Origin: Heterodontus francisci
Lineage: Eukaryota
Direction: 5' to 3'
Assembly (NCBI RefSeq): GCF_036365525.1
Contig: NC_090397.1
Coordinates: 42,413,679 to 42,477,678 of the forward strand
Length of the DNA: 64,000 nucleotides
A model generated the notes under the pieces. It was not told the DNA's origin. It saw only the letters and a program-made list of their open reading frames with translations, and did not search any database. How positions within the stretch are numbered: position 1 is the stretch's first letter; every line of letters begins with the position of its first letter. Shown here in pieces: positions 63,791 through 64,000 of the stretch. A program made the translations under genes and the position numbers.

Positions 63791-64000
63791 GTAAGTGACA
63801 CTTATATTCTTTAGTCAAGAGATACAACATGAAAAAATACATGTATCTAGCATCATAATAATGAATTATAAAAAAAATGAACCATTGGCTTAAAATCAGG
63901 CCCTTTGAATGGTTAATACATTTGTATGAAATTGCTTTGGCCACTATCTTAACTAACCAGTTTAAAATAAATAGTTTAAAACACCACTTTCATGATATGG

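Noticed and set aside
63786-63796. Apparent premature stop (TCA TAG) ending the G-alpha ORF
   Set aside because: The TAG spans the TA|GTAAGT splice donor at the conserved exon 4 boundary.

Overview
Eukaryotic, repeat-rich genomic DNA from a cartilaginous fish, most likely a shark (HE1/V-SINEs, Deu-domain SINEs, CR1, Penelope). The ORF track is mostly uninformative; the genes were recovered by reading splice-bounded exons. Three genes: (1) CD36 on the minus strand, first two coding exons at 8259-8140 and 6353-6193, rest outside the window; (2) complete two-exon SAYSD1 on the plus strand (12786-12953 + 20190-20525, 167 aa); (3) exons 1-4 of a transducin-family G-alpha gene on the plus strand (44052-63790), assigned to GNAT3/gustducin by sequence and by its divergent orientation to CD36. 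Top finding: a second intact 118-nt G-alpha first coding exon at 36934-37051 (MGSGCSSRRSEASRKSKAIDRLLQQEGQKTTLVVKLLLLG) with ideal Kozak and donor sites. It could splice in frame to the shared exon 2 and give gustducin a Gi/o-like, potentially palmitoylated N-terminus. Also notable: a 142-bp intronic inverted repeat whose mismatches are mostly G-U wobbles on the sense strand; a 43-bp tandem array that amplifies the SAYSD1 start codon and promoter motifs; a 2.9-kb C-rich minisatellite; dispersed Penelope hammerhead ribozymes; a Gmr1-type gypsy element; and a degenerate Copia element. Comparisons to human proteins and repeat consensuses are from memory, not from searches.
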